Source of the DNA: a virus
DNA: 64,000 nt
Virus record (IMG/VR): IMGVR_UViG_3300022700_000179
Span: 41,714-105,713 of that record
Strand: one strand, 5' to 3'
Both the position numbers and the translations under genes were made by a program. The first letter of the stretch is position 1, and each line of letters starts with the position of its first letter. Shown one piece after another: positions 47,689 to 59,941 of this stretch. The notes under the pieces are model-generated. The model ran no database searches, had not been told where the DNA came from, and saw only the letters and a list, made by a program, of their open reading frames with translations.

Positions 47689-49465
47689 TCGTTTTCCTCC
47701 AATCTACAGAACCCTAGATCGCACAGTTCAAGAATCACTTTTTCAGCATCAGCCTTCATGCAGTCCGATTTATCTGCAACCCTTTCCAGAAAGTCGTGCT
47801 CGATCACCCAGAGGCCATGATCGCTCGTATCACGCGGAACGGGTTTGGCGCTCTGACCGTGACCGCATTCTTCTCGTTGACCTGTCGTATGAACAGGGAA
47901 GGGGCCAAGCAGCTCGAACGGCGTGTTCGCAAGACGGATGACACCCTCTTTCGTGTCTGTTACGTAGATACGCTTTTCGCCCCAACTCTCCCGCGCGATC
48001 CAAACCTCTTGTGTTTGTGCAATGGGTGGACTCACTGCACTACCCGTAAAAGGCGGTTTACCTGCAGGCTCGGAATTTGTCTTGGGTGTGTATCCTTGAT
48101 TTGTCATAGTTTCCTCCGTTTCGTGTTGGGTTTGATGGGTGTACTTACACTCAACAATTTTGTCGCTAGCGATACGAGCGATGCGCTTTCGCTCGCTGTC
48201 AAAGCAATCACTGCAAATATCACAGTGTGTATGCTCCCGGCACCACTTACACTCGACAACATGGTCGCAACAATCATCCAGAAGTTCGTCGCGTTCTTTA
48301 CGTAGGCGTTCAATTTCGTATATAACGCGTTTATTTTCTTCTTCGATGTCGCGGGGGCGCTCGACTAGTTCTCCGCAAGCGCACACAGTAGGTTTGCTGG
48401 GCTGTTGGTTAGAGTCTTTTTGATCATCCTGCTGCGAGTCAATAATGTCGCGGACGTACCTGCGTAGGTCCTCTAGCATCACCGCTACGTCAGTGTTCGC
48501 CTCCAAAGGGGCCTGGTCCTCATTCCGCGCACAAACAGTCTCCAGTTTAGATAGGATGGATTCCAAGTCAGGAATAGACACCATCTGTGTTTCCGCCGCA
48601 GGCTTATCAGACATCTTTTCTGTACCCTCCTTTGTTGAATACTTGTTCAGCCAGTCTACGTATTGTTCGGCCAACTCAGGATTGGACACGAACGAGTCCC
48701 ATGCTTCTTCTGTGTCAATTTCGATCGGCTGAGGCAGGGGTTGGCCAGGATCGACTTTGCCTATGCACACCCAAATTGGTTCCAGGTTTTGCCTCACGTC
48801 AAACCACCTTTTAATCTCAGCGTCCCATTCAAGAGCCTCGCCGATATTATCAAACTGGTGAATGAGTTTCATGATTTTTATCTCTCCGCTCTTACCTTCT
48901 TCAATTGGTGCAACGTCGCCGAGCACATATCTCTTTGTTCATTTACAGTCGCATCATATGCAGGACGCCACCAATCCAACGGACTGTCCAACGCAAACTC
49001 CAAGAAGTCAATGGCGCCATCTAACCAGTCTGGCTTAATATCAATTGGCACATTCATAATACGACTATATTTTTCACACACTGGATAGAATCCCACTTTT
49101 CCGTCACCTTTTGTAGCTCGTTCGTGTAGGAATTCTTCCTGAGCTTTTCGTTTCAGAATATCCCATTGCTGCGGATCGTCAGGCAATGCAGAGTCGCCTT
49201 TTTCTTGTCTATCCGATAATTGTTCTAGTACCATAACGTCGGTAGTTACAAAGTAAAACCTTCCGCCTAGAGCACGATAAAGGTACTGCCGCCAGGATAT
49301 TCTTTTTTCTGTACACCCCTCTACCAATTCCCCATCCTTCCACTTGTAGCCATTACCTACGGTGAAGAACAGGTGGTCCATAACTCGGTAGCGGTCGAGT
49401 TCATCGAATCCGAACAGGTTGGGGTAACTCCACAGGGACTCAAATATGGTGTCTTCAAACGTCAT
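47685..49465 (-). CDS. Two hypothetical proteins (47685..48926 mosaic; 48878..49465)
   Basis: Long ORFs; the first shares a CxWC..CxxCF..ERKR module with 50674..51375. Confidence 0.5.
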
Positions 49466-49478
49466 GTGCTCACTCCCG

Positions 49479-50255
49479 TTATAGCTTATCTACACAGTAT
49501 TTACAGCGCGTCGGTCCACCAGAGATAAGAACACCACAATCAAGGCACGCGCGAACCGTGGTCCATGGACCAATGTGCATGGTATCCTCACCGAACTGCC
49601 GTACGACGGGATCCTCTGTGACGCCGTTACAGCACATATCCATGTAAGCTGTAATAACAGCGCGCCTGCCGCGATCGGCGCTGCGTTCTGTTTCGGTTTG
49701 GTCAGGACTAGGCACAACTCCTAGAAACTGGTCCTTGTCTTCATTTGGCGGTTGCCTAACTACTGCTTCTCTTCCACCAACATTTATTTTAGATCCTTCA
49801 CCAATACAATCATTCTCCTGCGGTGGGATAGGTTCTGGCTTTTCTACGCCTGCACGGTGCCATGGAACCACATAAACAGCATCAAATTCTATTTGATCAT
49901 CCTCCCATTTCACCGTCCAACAGTCTTTGATGTTCAATATGTAACCAGCATTATGAGGTGGACTAAAAGCGTGTACGGTTATATCGAATGGCCTGGTTTG
50001 TTGAGGCGCGTCGACCGCCTTCCCACTTAGTATCTTGTCTACGGCTGCTCCCCAAAGTATGCCGTGAACCCTCACAGCTCCGGTTTCCACTGCTGAATGG
50101 CACCCAATTCCATGTACTTCTACGTAGTCTTGGATTACCTCAACAACTACATTGTCTGCCACTCCAAAAGAGTAAAGTACACGACAGCCAATATGCTCAA
50201 AAGATGAAAAAGCGAACAGTGCTCGTGTTCTCATGTGCTCACTCCTCGATGCCAA
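49479..50255 (-). CDS. Hypothetical protein with tail-tube-like N-terminal motifs and a C-terminal Zn finger
   Basis: VEVHGIG, QTRPFDI, IKDCW; C-terminal CLDCG...RCKYC. Confidence 0.35.
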   Translation of the reverse strand: MASRSEHMRTRALFAFSSFEHIGCRVLYSFGVADNVVVEVIQDYVEVHGIGCHSAVETGAVRVHGILWGAAVDKILSGKAVDAPQQTRPFDITVHAFSPPHNAGYILNIKDCWTVKWEDDQIEFDAVYVVPWHRAGVEKPEPIPPQENDCIGEGSKINVGGREAVVRQPPNEDKDQFLGVVPSPDQTETERSADRGRRAVITAYMDMCCNGVTEDPVVRQFGEDTMHIGPWTTVRACLDCGVLISGGPTRCKYCVDKL

Positions 50256-52160
50256 TGATTTCCCAACAAGGTAGTTCGTCTTCGTGGCTCTTTAATCCTT
50301 CTGGAGTAGCTGTCAGGTTGGAGAACTTCACGTAGAAGTCTCCAGCTTTGGAATATATTACCAAGTTGTTTATGATTCCTCTCATAAGTCCCATACAAGT
50401 TTTAAGCGTTACCTCGCCATTGCGCACGTGTGGGATTAGCCTTGGAAGCAGTTTATTCACTTTCTTGCTCCTTCATGACAGCCTATTCATACAATTCAGA
50501 TAGCTTATTGATCAACTCATTGTACTTCGCTATCTTGGTCTCGTTGCGCTTTATGTACACATCATAACTTGGAGGGACCGTAGCTAACATTTTCCCACAG
50601 AAATTCTTTTCTGTTCGCAAGGTGAATAATATCATATTCAACTCTTCGGGCGCCAGATTTACTTGCATAGTACTCACTCCTCATTATTCTCGTCTTTACT
50701 GCCTGCCAGTGTTGCAACACGTTTTCGCTCGTCCTCAAAACAATTTAAGCACACTTCAACATGGCCCGTCTGACCACACCACCTACATGGGATCCCGCGG
50801 TAGTCGAAATCTTGTGCTTCTTCTAGGTCATCCTTTACTTGCTCAAACATCTTACGATGAACTAGCCCGCTTGGGTGTTCTTTGACAACGGCTGGGCGTG
50901 GACGCGCCTTTAGGCCATCAGGGCCACCAATATAAGCATCACAATCTAGACAGACAAAAGCGTCACACCTAGTTTCGATTAGATCACTGCCACATCTCGG
51001 GCAGTTTATAGTGACCAGTTTTGGTCCTCTTGCAGCCGATTCTCTTTCCATTTCTCTAGTAGTGTCTTGCATAGCGTTTGCTTCTTCGTGCTCATCCAAG
51101 TAAGCTTCACAGTTAGAGCACACCAGGTAAGTAGTAGTTCCTTTCACTTCAGAGTGCATAGGTGGATCAATGCGTCCACAACTATGGCATTGCCACTTTT
51201 TGTAGGGATTCATATTTTTGTAGTCGATCTTGTACGTTCGTTCTGGAACACTTTTGTCTACGTGTGAATAAGTTTTCTGGTTGTTTAGTTCCCACGAAGA
51301 GATCTCGCCTACCGGGAACGAGTCGTTATTTTTGTTTGCCATCGACGTACACCTTAAGTAGTGGTGGTTGGGCATCTCTCGAACCTAGTATCCACATTGA
51401 ATCTACGGGAAGCTGGATCCGAGCTGCTCGGAGCATCCACCGAAGTGGCGGACCGTTTTCAGAAGGAAGTAGCATACCTTGGCATAGGTCAACATACACC
51501 TCGACTAGTGGTTCTGGTCCATCCTCTGCGATACTGATTTCCTTCTTTCGCAGAAAGATTTGCCCGTCGTAATCAGGATGATTATTTGCGCGGAACGGAA
51601 GCTCGTTCGAGTCTATCATGGATGGCTCCTCTGGCATGGTCCTGAGTTCTTAACGTGCCCACACCACGTACATTTATTTGTGTCAGTCTGACTCTGGTTC
51701 GTGGCCTGTGCCTTCTGGTTAGTAGGCTGTGTTCGTAACTCCCGAGATACATCGGCCATAGTCAAGGAGTGCATTTGTTCTGCCAACGAAGATAGTTTAT
51801 CAAGACGACTGCGAAGCGCTTGCACTGTTTCTATCGAGCCTACTTCGTGGAGTAGATCAGCTTCCTCTTCCAACGCCTGTATCTCCTGTTCGCGGTCAGC
51901 GACCAGGGTACGCAACCGCTCTACTTCGGCCTCGCTTGCTTGCAATGCCATGCGGGAACGCGCGGAATCGTCATTAGCAATTCGGCTCTTCTGGATCAAT
52001 TCCTGATGTGACTGCTCTAAGTCCTGGTATGCTTGTACTAGAGAATCAAAGTTCATTCCCTGCCACTGTGGTTCATACTCACCACAACGACCACAACGTG
52101 AGGGCTTACCAATGTACTGGTGAGGTACGCACTGTACAATGAATTGCTCTGGTTCGCTGC

Positions 52161-52703
52161 TCATAGCTTATCGTCCTCTACCGCCTTGGTTAGCAGGCTG
52201 TCTATCTCGGCTTGTGCTTCTGGTCTACTCAATCCTAATGGGGGTACGTCGATCTCCTGCCAGGCAACTGTTACCATCAATTGTGGTGGGTTCGGGTGAA
52301 ATAACGCGCGTACTAACTGAGTGATTTCTGTGTAGGTAATAGATACTTTACCGCGACAAAAAAGACGGAGCCAGTCTACGTCTAGCCCACCGCGCTCTGC
52401 CAAGTCTTCTACGGTTTTGTTGGGGTCGTACGCCAACGCATACAAAACATTGATCCGCATTTGTTCCACGGCATAGCGCTGGTCTAGAGTAAACTCGTAG
52501 ATCTTTTCTGCGGTATGTCGATGAAAGTCTTTTTGGTTTTCTTTACTCATGGTACTTGCTCTCCAATGCGCGAACCCAGCTATTCCAATCCTCAATACAT
52601 GCTTGCTTCGTGTGCTGATGTGATTCCAGATGGAACATTGCCGGACACAAAGTTGGTTTGGGGTGTTTGAGCACAAACTCGAAGTACCCACTTTGTGGTT
52701 CAA
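52161..52703 (-). CDS. XRE-like HTH protein (true start probably MSKENQ, near 52550)
   Basis: TVEDLAERGGLDVDWLRLFCRGKVSITYTEITQLVRALF. Confidence 0.5.
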   Translation of the reverse strand: MNHKVGTSSLCSNTPNQLCVRQCSIWNHISTRSKHVLRIGIAGFAHWRASTMSKENQKDFHRHTAEKIYEFTLDQRYAVEQMRINVLYALAYDPNKTVEDLAERGGLDVDWLRLFCRGKVSITYTEITQLVRALFHPNPPQLMVTVAWQEIDVPPLGLSRPEAQAEIDSLLTKAVEDDKL

Positions 52704-53601
52704 CGACAGGCCGTTCGCGGCAGTTTACACAAGGAAGCGGTTTAGGAATCTTTTTTGTCAGGATGCTTTTTCGTGTATTCGTGTATCAGATTGTTCCATC
52801 TTTTCCACCACACACTAAGCGCCATTCGACGATCTTGAGTAGATGTAACGGAAAAATAAATTAAATAGTCTTCACACTTACGTGGACATTGTACTGCCAA
52901 CAGGCCCTCCTCTGGGAATATTGCAACAGGCAAGCTGCCGCAGTCTGGGCACGGCAGTGGTTCTGGGAAAGCCAACTGGGTCGATTCTTTTACGTCACTG
53001 ATCTCTTGTCCAAGTTTCGTAAGGTGATTTAAGATATGGTCACAAGATTTCCAAACCTCAGTTGCAACATTGAACTCCGCCTGGCCCATGTGACTCGGTT
53101 TTTCGTTCTCTTTAAGTTTGGTGGAGTCGTGAAACCGTGATATAGCTGTCCTGATGTTTCCAGCTACCGAGGTCTTGTGCTCGTCGGGAGTATCTTCAGA
53201 CCAGCAGATACTTGCAATGTACCGCTCTACCCATTCTCTAACTTGATCGTCAGTCATGAGGTCTTCTCCTTTGATTCTACTAAGTAGTCAAACCAACCAG
53301 TCACGTCCACACCACGATCAACCAACCGCACCCAGGGCCTAGTCGAGTTGTGAGAATAGGTGAAGTGTTCGATAAAATCACCCCTCGACATAGTTCCCAG
53401 CTTACCGTCGTCGGGAAGCACCATGTCTGGTTTGTTTTCGCTGTACGAAGGCGGTGTGCCACTGACCCACCACACACGATCTGATTCAACCTTCACCACA
53501 ATTGCTCGGTACGTGAACATTTCAGTGAAGTAGTCCCCTACTTGGGGATCGAGTAGGGCTTGGTAAGTCTCTTCTTTGGTGTAATTGGACATAGCGTTGT
53601 C

Positions 53602-53703
53602 TCAGTCTCTGGAACGTGGTTGTCCGTACCAAACATACCACCATCCCACGTGGAGTGCGGCCACCACTACAATTGCTACGAGTAGAATTAGTGTGTTCTT
53701 CAT
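53602..53703 (-). CDS. 33-aa membrane peptide not in the ORF track
   Basis: MKNTLILLVAIVVVAALHVGWWYVWYGQPRSRD; duplicate of the C-terminus of 53715..54044. Confidence 0.6.
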   Translation of the reverse strand: MKNTLILLVAIVVVAALHVGWWYVWYGQPRSRD

Positions 53704-53806
53704 GCGCAATCCCTTTAGCTTCCAGAGCAAGGCCACCCATACCAAACATACCACCAACCTGCGTGGAGCGCAGCCGCCACTCCAGTAACCGCCAGTAAAA
53801 TTAGTG
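53627..53806. repeat. Diverged direct repeat of about 67 bp (53627-53693, 53740-53806)
   Basis: TACCAAACATACCACCA...CGTGGAG.GC.GCC.CCACT...AGTA.AATTAGTG occurs twice. Confidence 0.8.
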
Positions 53807-55376
53807 GATATTTAACGCACCTTTTTCTAAGTAACATTGTTGTCCAAGTGTACAAATCCAATTCGGCATCGGGCCCAACTATCACCCAAGCCAAAAACCA
53901 GAGTACAGTAAATAGGACTAACGCATACTTAATCCCGGAATAGAGTTCGAATAATCTGCACGCGGCTTCTTCAGTCATGACAGCACCCCCAAAATAAATC
54001 CAATGAGTCCGCACATTGAGCTTATAGCAATCAATAACAGCCAAGTAGGACGAGAGTCAAGTTTTTCTATAACGGCAATATCGACTTTTGCTTGGTTTAC
54101 GTCGTAGTAAACAAGTGCTTTCCTAGCGTAGGGTGGCATGTCTACAGGCTGTTCGGCATCTATATCAACTACTTGATTACTCATCGGTGCTATTCCTTTC
54201 GGTAACGTAACCCGCACTTCCTACAATGTTAGGTGTGAGTGGGCGTGTTACGTACCATCCACAGTTCTGGCACTCTACTAAGTGATAATCGGCTCGCTCC
54301 TGCTTAGTCACGTTTCGGTACCCTGGTCGGGCGCCGCAACAGACAACTTCATCGGCGTTGACTAACTGCTTGCTCTCGACGTACAAATAAGTGAAGCAAT
54401 TAGCATCTGACTGTATGTTAGGGCTACCGCATTTTTCACAAACAGGAGAAGCAATATGAACGGATGGAGATGGGCGCATGCTATTACTACTTATTCCGTT
54501 TTCTGTTGCCGTCTCTGAACATGTACATAAAATTACCAAGTCGGCGCTCGTCTTCATCTACGCCGTTTGTTCGAGTTGGCACCGGCACCCGTTTATCGTT
54601 TTCACCGCACCCATCTCCCCACGTGTTACAATCCGGCACCTTGAACGATACGCCTATTACTAGAGACGCCAAGATCAAAACATGGACGTACAAAATACTG
54701 CTCCTAGCTCTATCGCTCAACTTCAAACTATTTTTGGTTGTGAGATACCACATTGTGAAGAAAACTACAACCACAGAAAATATGATCACCCAAAATGTTA
54801 AAATAGGCCACAGCATCGAATCTACTCCTCTTCTAAGTCTAGGACGGCCATCCCGTCTTCATCGTATTCAGTTGGCCATTTATTGTCTTCCAACAAGAGG
54901 AGACGCGTTTCGTTGGCCAATTGAACAGCATGCTGTTCGTCTTTTGCGAACACATCAACCTGCATATTATGTTGCCTAAGTAACTGCTCAATACACAGCT
55001 CTTCAGGTGATGCCAGAGCTTTTTCACTACCTACTAGGACACCATTTTGTGGGCCGCTCAATAAAATGGTGTTGTCTCCATTCCACACAGAGTTGATACT
55101 AATTGGGCGTACGTAGTTTACGCTTCCATCCTGGGAGATAGTTACCTCGTATCCACGTTCTTCTGGTACGTCGGGTACTTCCGGATCTAGCTCATGTTCC
55201 CCGACCCAATACTCTGGCCGGTACGGGTATTCTTGATATTTCTCCTCGCCTGATTCTTTGTTCGGATTGTGGATAAGGCAATAGTCCAGCGCTTTTTCTT
55301 TAGACGAAAATATGTTGTCTACGTTTGGCTCATACACACTTCCACTATACACTACGTACACTTTATCCATAAGCGG

Positions 55377-55799
55377 TTATCTCCAAGTAGTGATACAGGT
55401 AACACCCACTTCCAGGCTGCGGCTAATACCTGTAATCATTTGCTGCAACTCTACGCATTTACTACTGTGCCGTTCGACCTCCACGCCCTTGCGCTCGTTG
55501 TCCTTGGCCTTCCAATTGCCAGCGTAGTAGTCGCAGTGTACGTTAGCTGTCTTGTCTTTGTCAAGCGGGTTGTGGAGGCACACACGCGCTACTAACGTAT
55601 AGTCGCAACCAGACGTGTTGCAGCCACTACCCATGCTCAGTTTGGTCTTGTCGGTGTAGGGCTCGGTTGCGGTTTTGTCGCCAAAATAATCTTTAGTTTT
55701 GGTTTCTCGCGTACCACCAATGCAGTCAATGCGACTACACTGCGTGAGCATGGTTAGACTGCCGAAAAATAGCGCATTTACGAATGCTTGCCATTTCAT
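55377..55799 (-). CDS. Secreted/lipoprotein-like Cys-rich protein
   Basis: Hydrophobic N-terminus ending LTQC; beta-rich with several Cys; AAGGAG SD. Confidence 0.45.
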   Translation of the reverse strand: MKWQAFVNALFFGSLTMLTQCSRIDCIGGTRETKTKDYFGDKTATEPYTDKTKLSMGSGCNTSGCDYTLVARVCLHNPLDKDKTANVHCDYYAGNWKAKDNERKGVEVERHSSKCVELQQMITGISRSLEVGVTCITTWR

Positions 55800-57132
55800 G
55801 ATCGTTACTCCTTTTCACTAGCCGGGTAGTACTCCACCCCGAAACTCTTCATGGTCTCTTTGCACTTTTCAACACCAAATACTACCGAAAATTGACGGCA
55901 CAAAATCAACAAAAACTTCCTAAACTGTTCTAGGTTAGTTCTCCATTTATAACGATCAGATCGTTGGTGTCCAGGTCACGAGCTGTAAAATGAACGTCAT
56001 CCAGCTTTTGTTCTTCGCATAACTTACTCGATTTTGGTTGCCGCTCTACCTTCTTTGGCGCATCTGTTTCATCTTCTAAGTCCCAGAAGTGGTCTTCGCA
56101 GAGTCGAGCGTATTCCGGATCTATATCTTTCATGCGGTTTGCCGATACTCCAAGCGCCCTGCCGTCGAATAAAGTGTTTTTGCCGTTCTTGCTCATTTTG
56201 TTTCCATCCTCTTAGGCTATAGCTAAGATGTTGTAAACGTCCAGCACCCAAACAAATGTTCATTCCACAATCTCCAATTGTCCAAAAACTTTTTAAGTTT
56301 GGTTTTTCGATGCTGTTCTGGATCCCAGTTTATAACGAGTGGTCCGTCGTTTTGGATATTGCCATTCGTATTTACTATTATGCTTCTATGATATGTACAT
56401 ACGTACAACGAATCCCCAGATTCAACTACATAAAAGTGAGATTCTGTTGCCTTATGTATAAAGTAGTGATGGTCTACTAAATCATCTATCCAAACTCTAT
56501 GCCCAACCAAAACATGAAAAGATACAGGTTCTCTATTTTCGACTTCTCTGGCCATTATCATGCCTCCATTTTCTTTAACAACGCATTGACAAATGATTGC
56601 CACTTCATTTTCGCTCACTCCTTTGCTCAATATTGCCATCACAATCATCGAGCATATCCCGTACCAGGTACACTTCGTTTGGTAGCGGCACTCCAACTTC
56701 TTTCTTGGCTTCTATTTCGTGGACAGTTAACATGGCCCAACCACGACAGTTTGGTGCGCCGCAATCACAAGAACAAACGTAAAAGTTGTGCTCAGCTAAG
56801 GTAGTTAAGCTTAGATTGCTTCGTGCCGCGTAACGGTGTAAAAATTCTTCTTTCCTCATAACCCACCGCTGTTCGAGTTCGTAGTTAGCCATCCATGGTG
56901 CTAGCGCAGTGCGTGATCGGAATAGTAATTGTTCGTCCGCTACTGGTACTGGTTTTCTTCCCTTCGTCCTCTTTCTCTAGCACCCCTTCATAGGCATTGG
57001 TTACGTCGGCTATCAATACCTTGATATCCTCCACCGTAATCGGTTCCCTGTTTTGCGCCTTTTTCTGTAAGCGGACCATGTGGTCTATGGCCACACGAGC
57101 CGGTGCGTCGAAATCATCGGGTGTCCATTTAC

Positions 57133-57717
57133 TCATTTTCTCTTTCCTTTGTACTCACGCACTCGCGATGATGAAGTCCAATGCTCGCTCCACAAGTACC
57201 GCCAATCTACATGGGCACTTTTCTTTTTACTCACTTCGTAATATCCCAAATCACGAAGATCAGTGAGCGTGTTCCAAGGACGCTTTCCGCCCAGTTGCCG
57301 CGCCTGTTCGCACATGGCTTCGTTGACTGCTGCAGTCAGCGGTGAAAAGTTACTCAGGTCTTCATGCACCAAATCCAAAGTGAATTTGAAATCCTGCTCT
57401 GCGTAACGGACTACGTAGATGTGGTCGATGAAAAAGCCTAGATTGTTGTGCAGTAGGTGCAGCTTATCCACGAAGAATTCCCCAAAGCTCTGCACCAAAA
57501 ACTCTTTCCCGCTTTCAGTCAAATTCAAGCAGGCTCCCTCATGGGATTCGTAGAGATATCCCGCTCCTACTTGCTTGTCTAGTAAGAGCTGGAGCGCGGT
57601 ATCAGAGAAGTGCTTTGGTAGGGGCATGTCTACTCGCAAGGCTATGGAGAGCAGTGCTAGGCTCTTCCCCGTATCTAGTTTTGCTCGTGTTCGCATTATG
57701 GTCCGTCCTCTTACCAC
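57133..57717 (-). CDS. Hypothetical protein
   Basis: First gene after the promoter at 57780-57807. Confidence 0.5.
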   Translation of the reverse strand: MVRGRTIMRTRAKLDTGKSLALLSIALRVDMPLPKHFSDTALQLLLDKQVGAGYLYESHEGACLNLTESGKEFLVQSFGEFFVDKLHLLHNNLGFFIDHIYVVRYAEQDFKFTLDLVHEDLSNFSPLTAAVNEAMCEQARQLGGKRPWNTLTDLRDLGYYEVSKKKSAHVDWRYLWSEHWTSSSRVREYKGKRK

Positions 57718-57779
57718 TTCAAAGAGTGGTAGGCACGTCGTCCAGTTAGCTATCTTCGAACAGCGGGAACTACTATATA

Positions 57780-57807
57780 ATTATAGTATACCAGAAAAAT
57801 AAATCAA
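57780..57807 (-). promoter_or_regulatory. Sigma70-type early promoter
   Basis: TTGATT-16 nt-TATAAT. Confidence 0.6.
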
Positions 57808-57920
57808 GGCTTAATGATTTCCACCAAATTCGAGGCTCTCTTGACTCACCTTTCTAATATTCCATGGTCCAACAGCCCACGCAGTTACGGGCTCTCATGC
57901 CGGATAGACCGGGCTATTGA

Positions 57921-58298
57921 TCATAACTTTTCTTTCCAGAACGCTACATATTCTGCCACCTGGTTTATGATGTTCAGAGGTTTTCCATTAAGTTTGTTGT
58001 GTAGCGTCTGCAAAACGAGGCCGCTCATATCGTCTGGATGTTCTAGGCCTAGCTCAAGCATTTGCTTGTACAGTGGGCCTTCTTTAGTCCAGAACCCCCA
58101 CGAATTCCGGATTTGTTGTCCCATCACATGATGATATTTGCTAGGATCACTTTCCTTAAACTCCTCTACTCCTGGAAGAGACTCTAACTTATCCATAGCC
58201 TCTTCAAGGTTCTCAGGAATAGTATCAAAAATGCTCTCGGTAGAATCTACTTTTCCTTTTCCACTATCCATCCTTGTTCCTCCGCGGCTGTCAGCCAT
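57921..58298 (-). CDS. DUF6794-like protein
   Basis: IPENLEEA, HH.MGQQIRNSWGFW, GLEHPDDMSGLVL..LH.KLNG. Confidence 0.65.
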   Translation of the reverse strand: MADSRGGTRMDSGKGKVDSTESIFDTIPENLEEAMDKLESLPGVEEFKESDPSKYHHVMGQQIRNSWGFWTKEGPLYKQMLELGLEHPDDMSGLVLQTLHNKLNGKPLNIINQVAEYVAFWKEKL

Positions 58299-58935
58299 TT
58301 TACTAACATGTCGTCACTCTCCGCCATGCTAGCATAGGCAGTTAATTTCCACAGATTCTTATCGTAGTTATAAACGCACTTTAGAAAGGGCCCCAGGATA
58401 ATTCCGTCCGGGCCCTCCAATCGAAGTTCGCCGTGAGGCATCACGGTGGAAGGTATTATTAACTCTCTAGTTAGCTTAACTAAATTTGAGGAACCGTGAA
58501 CTCCTACAAAGCGGACGATCTCCAACCGATGGTGTTCTTTTGCGGTATAGGTAGTCATGCTATTGATCACTCCTTCTGTTTCTCTGCGGTGTCGGAACTA
58601 CTGTCCTCATAGGTGGTACTATAGGCGAGCCTGACGGGATGATCTTTCTTCGGTCGCTCTGAGCGGCCTTCTAGAAAAGCGATTCTCCTTTCCACCCGAA
58701 GAATCTTCTTCCGTAGAACAGACTCTTCCTTCAGCTGCCTATTCTCAAACTTTAGCAAGGAAAGGTATAAGAACCCAAGGTAACACACCGTAAAGAGAAG
58801 CGCATGTACTGCGGTGAATTCAGGAAGTCCTAGAGGTACCCGGAGGTAAAGGTATCCCAGCAACAAAATAAGAATACCATAGCTAAAAACGTCACGAGGC
58901 CTGAGGCACTCCCTAATTCGGGCCAAATGCTTCAC
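58247..58935 (-). CDS. Two hypothetical ORFs (58247..58570; 58567..58935 with two TM segments)
   Basis: Coupled ORFs. Confidence 0.45.
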
Positions 58936-59101
58936 TGAACACCTTCCTCATGGGTGCCATGGAGCCAATGCCATCGTAGCCGTACCCGCAGCAGCTCCCA
59001 ACCAACCATCGCCAGTTGAGAAGTAAACAGCAATACCTACAAATATAAACGAGGCTATATTAACGATTGCTGGTACAAAATTGTTCATGATCCATTTCCT
59101 T

Positions 59102-59785
59102 TTAGGAGGTAAGGTCGTCCCAGTTAGTTTTTGGTCGTACCGCCTTACTACCCTCTTTACAAAGAGGACAGCTTTTCTCTTTCCAAGTTGGAAGTCGTTC
59201 GGACACTAAACTTAAAACGGCCCTTCCACCTAGGGTGTTTTTACCAGATCGGTTAACGAAAACCCCAACAAAAGAGGCGACTGTAGCTCCGGTTTCCTTG
59301 ACTGCGTCTATAGTTAGTTGGGTCGTTTCTCCGGTGGTCAATACGTCTTCTACTACCAAAACGCGATCCTGTTTCGTAAGTTCGAACCGTTTCAGTTTCA
59401 TGCTTTTGGAACCACGTTTTGACTGCGGTTCTGTAAACATTGATTTAACGGTACGAGAACCGTCGTTGGTACCATATCCAAAAAGGCCGTGAATGTGTGA
59501 CGCCACAACGTGCGCTATGGCGACCGCTCCCATAGCACTACCAACCACAGCCGTTGGAGGACTACATACACCAAGCCGATCGGCAAGCACAGCGGTAACG
59601 AGATCGAAGCAAGCTTCATTAAGCAGCAAAGGGTGCTCCAGAAGCTTACTAGTATTGATGAAGCCGTTACTGTGCCTCCCACTAGTTAAAAGGGCGTGGG
59701 GCTTTTTTGGGTTCCCGCCGTGGATCCAGAGAGCCCCGACACGCTTCAGTTCATCTCTCCACTTAACCTCTAATTGAACACTCAT
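59102..59785 (-). CDS. pyrE: Orotate phosphoribosyltransferase-like PRTase
   Basis: LLTSGRHSNGFIN, G.AMGA, PRPP loop VLVVEDVLTTG, C-terminal CPLC. Confidence 0.8.
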   Translation of the reverse strand: MSVQLEVKWRDELKRVGALWIHGGNPKKPHALLTSGRHSNGFINTSKLLEHPLLLNEACFDLVTAVLADRLGVCSPPTAVVGSAMGAVAIAHVVASHIHGLFGYGTNDGSRTVKSMFTEPQSKRGSKSMKLKRFELTKQDRVLVVEDVLTTGETTQLTIDAVKETGATVASFVGVFVNRSGKNTLGGRAVLSLVSERLPTWKEKSCPLCKEGSKAVRPKTNWDDLTS

Positions 59786-59941
59786 GGGTGGTACTCCACA
59801 TTTTAGTTTGGTGTCGTTCTATGCTTTGGGCACTGCACTAACTTAGGTTTTACTTAAACCCAGTTTTTTCGAACCTTTGCGATAGTTCAATAACTGGAAG
59901 ACCTGTCATACGCATTGGCCACCTCGGTAGTCAGCCGCATC

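Larger units (their letters stand above)
50239..57136 (-). other. Dense array of about 18 small early/accessory ORFs (Zn ribbons, membrane peptides, one HTH)
   Basis: Head-to-tail minus-strand ORFs with overlapping stops/starts and GGAG-type RBSs. Confidence 0.6.
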
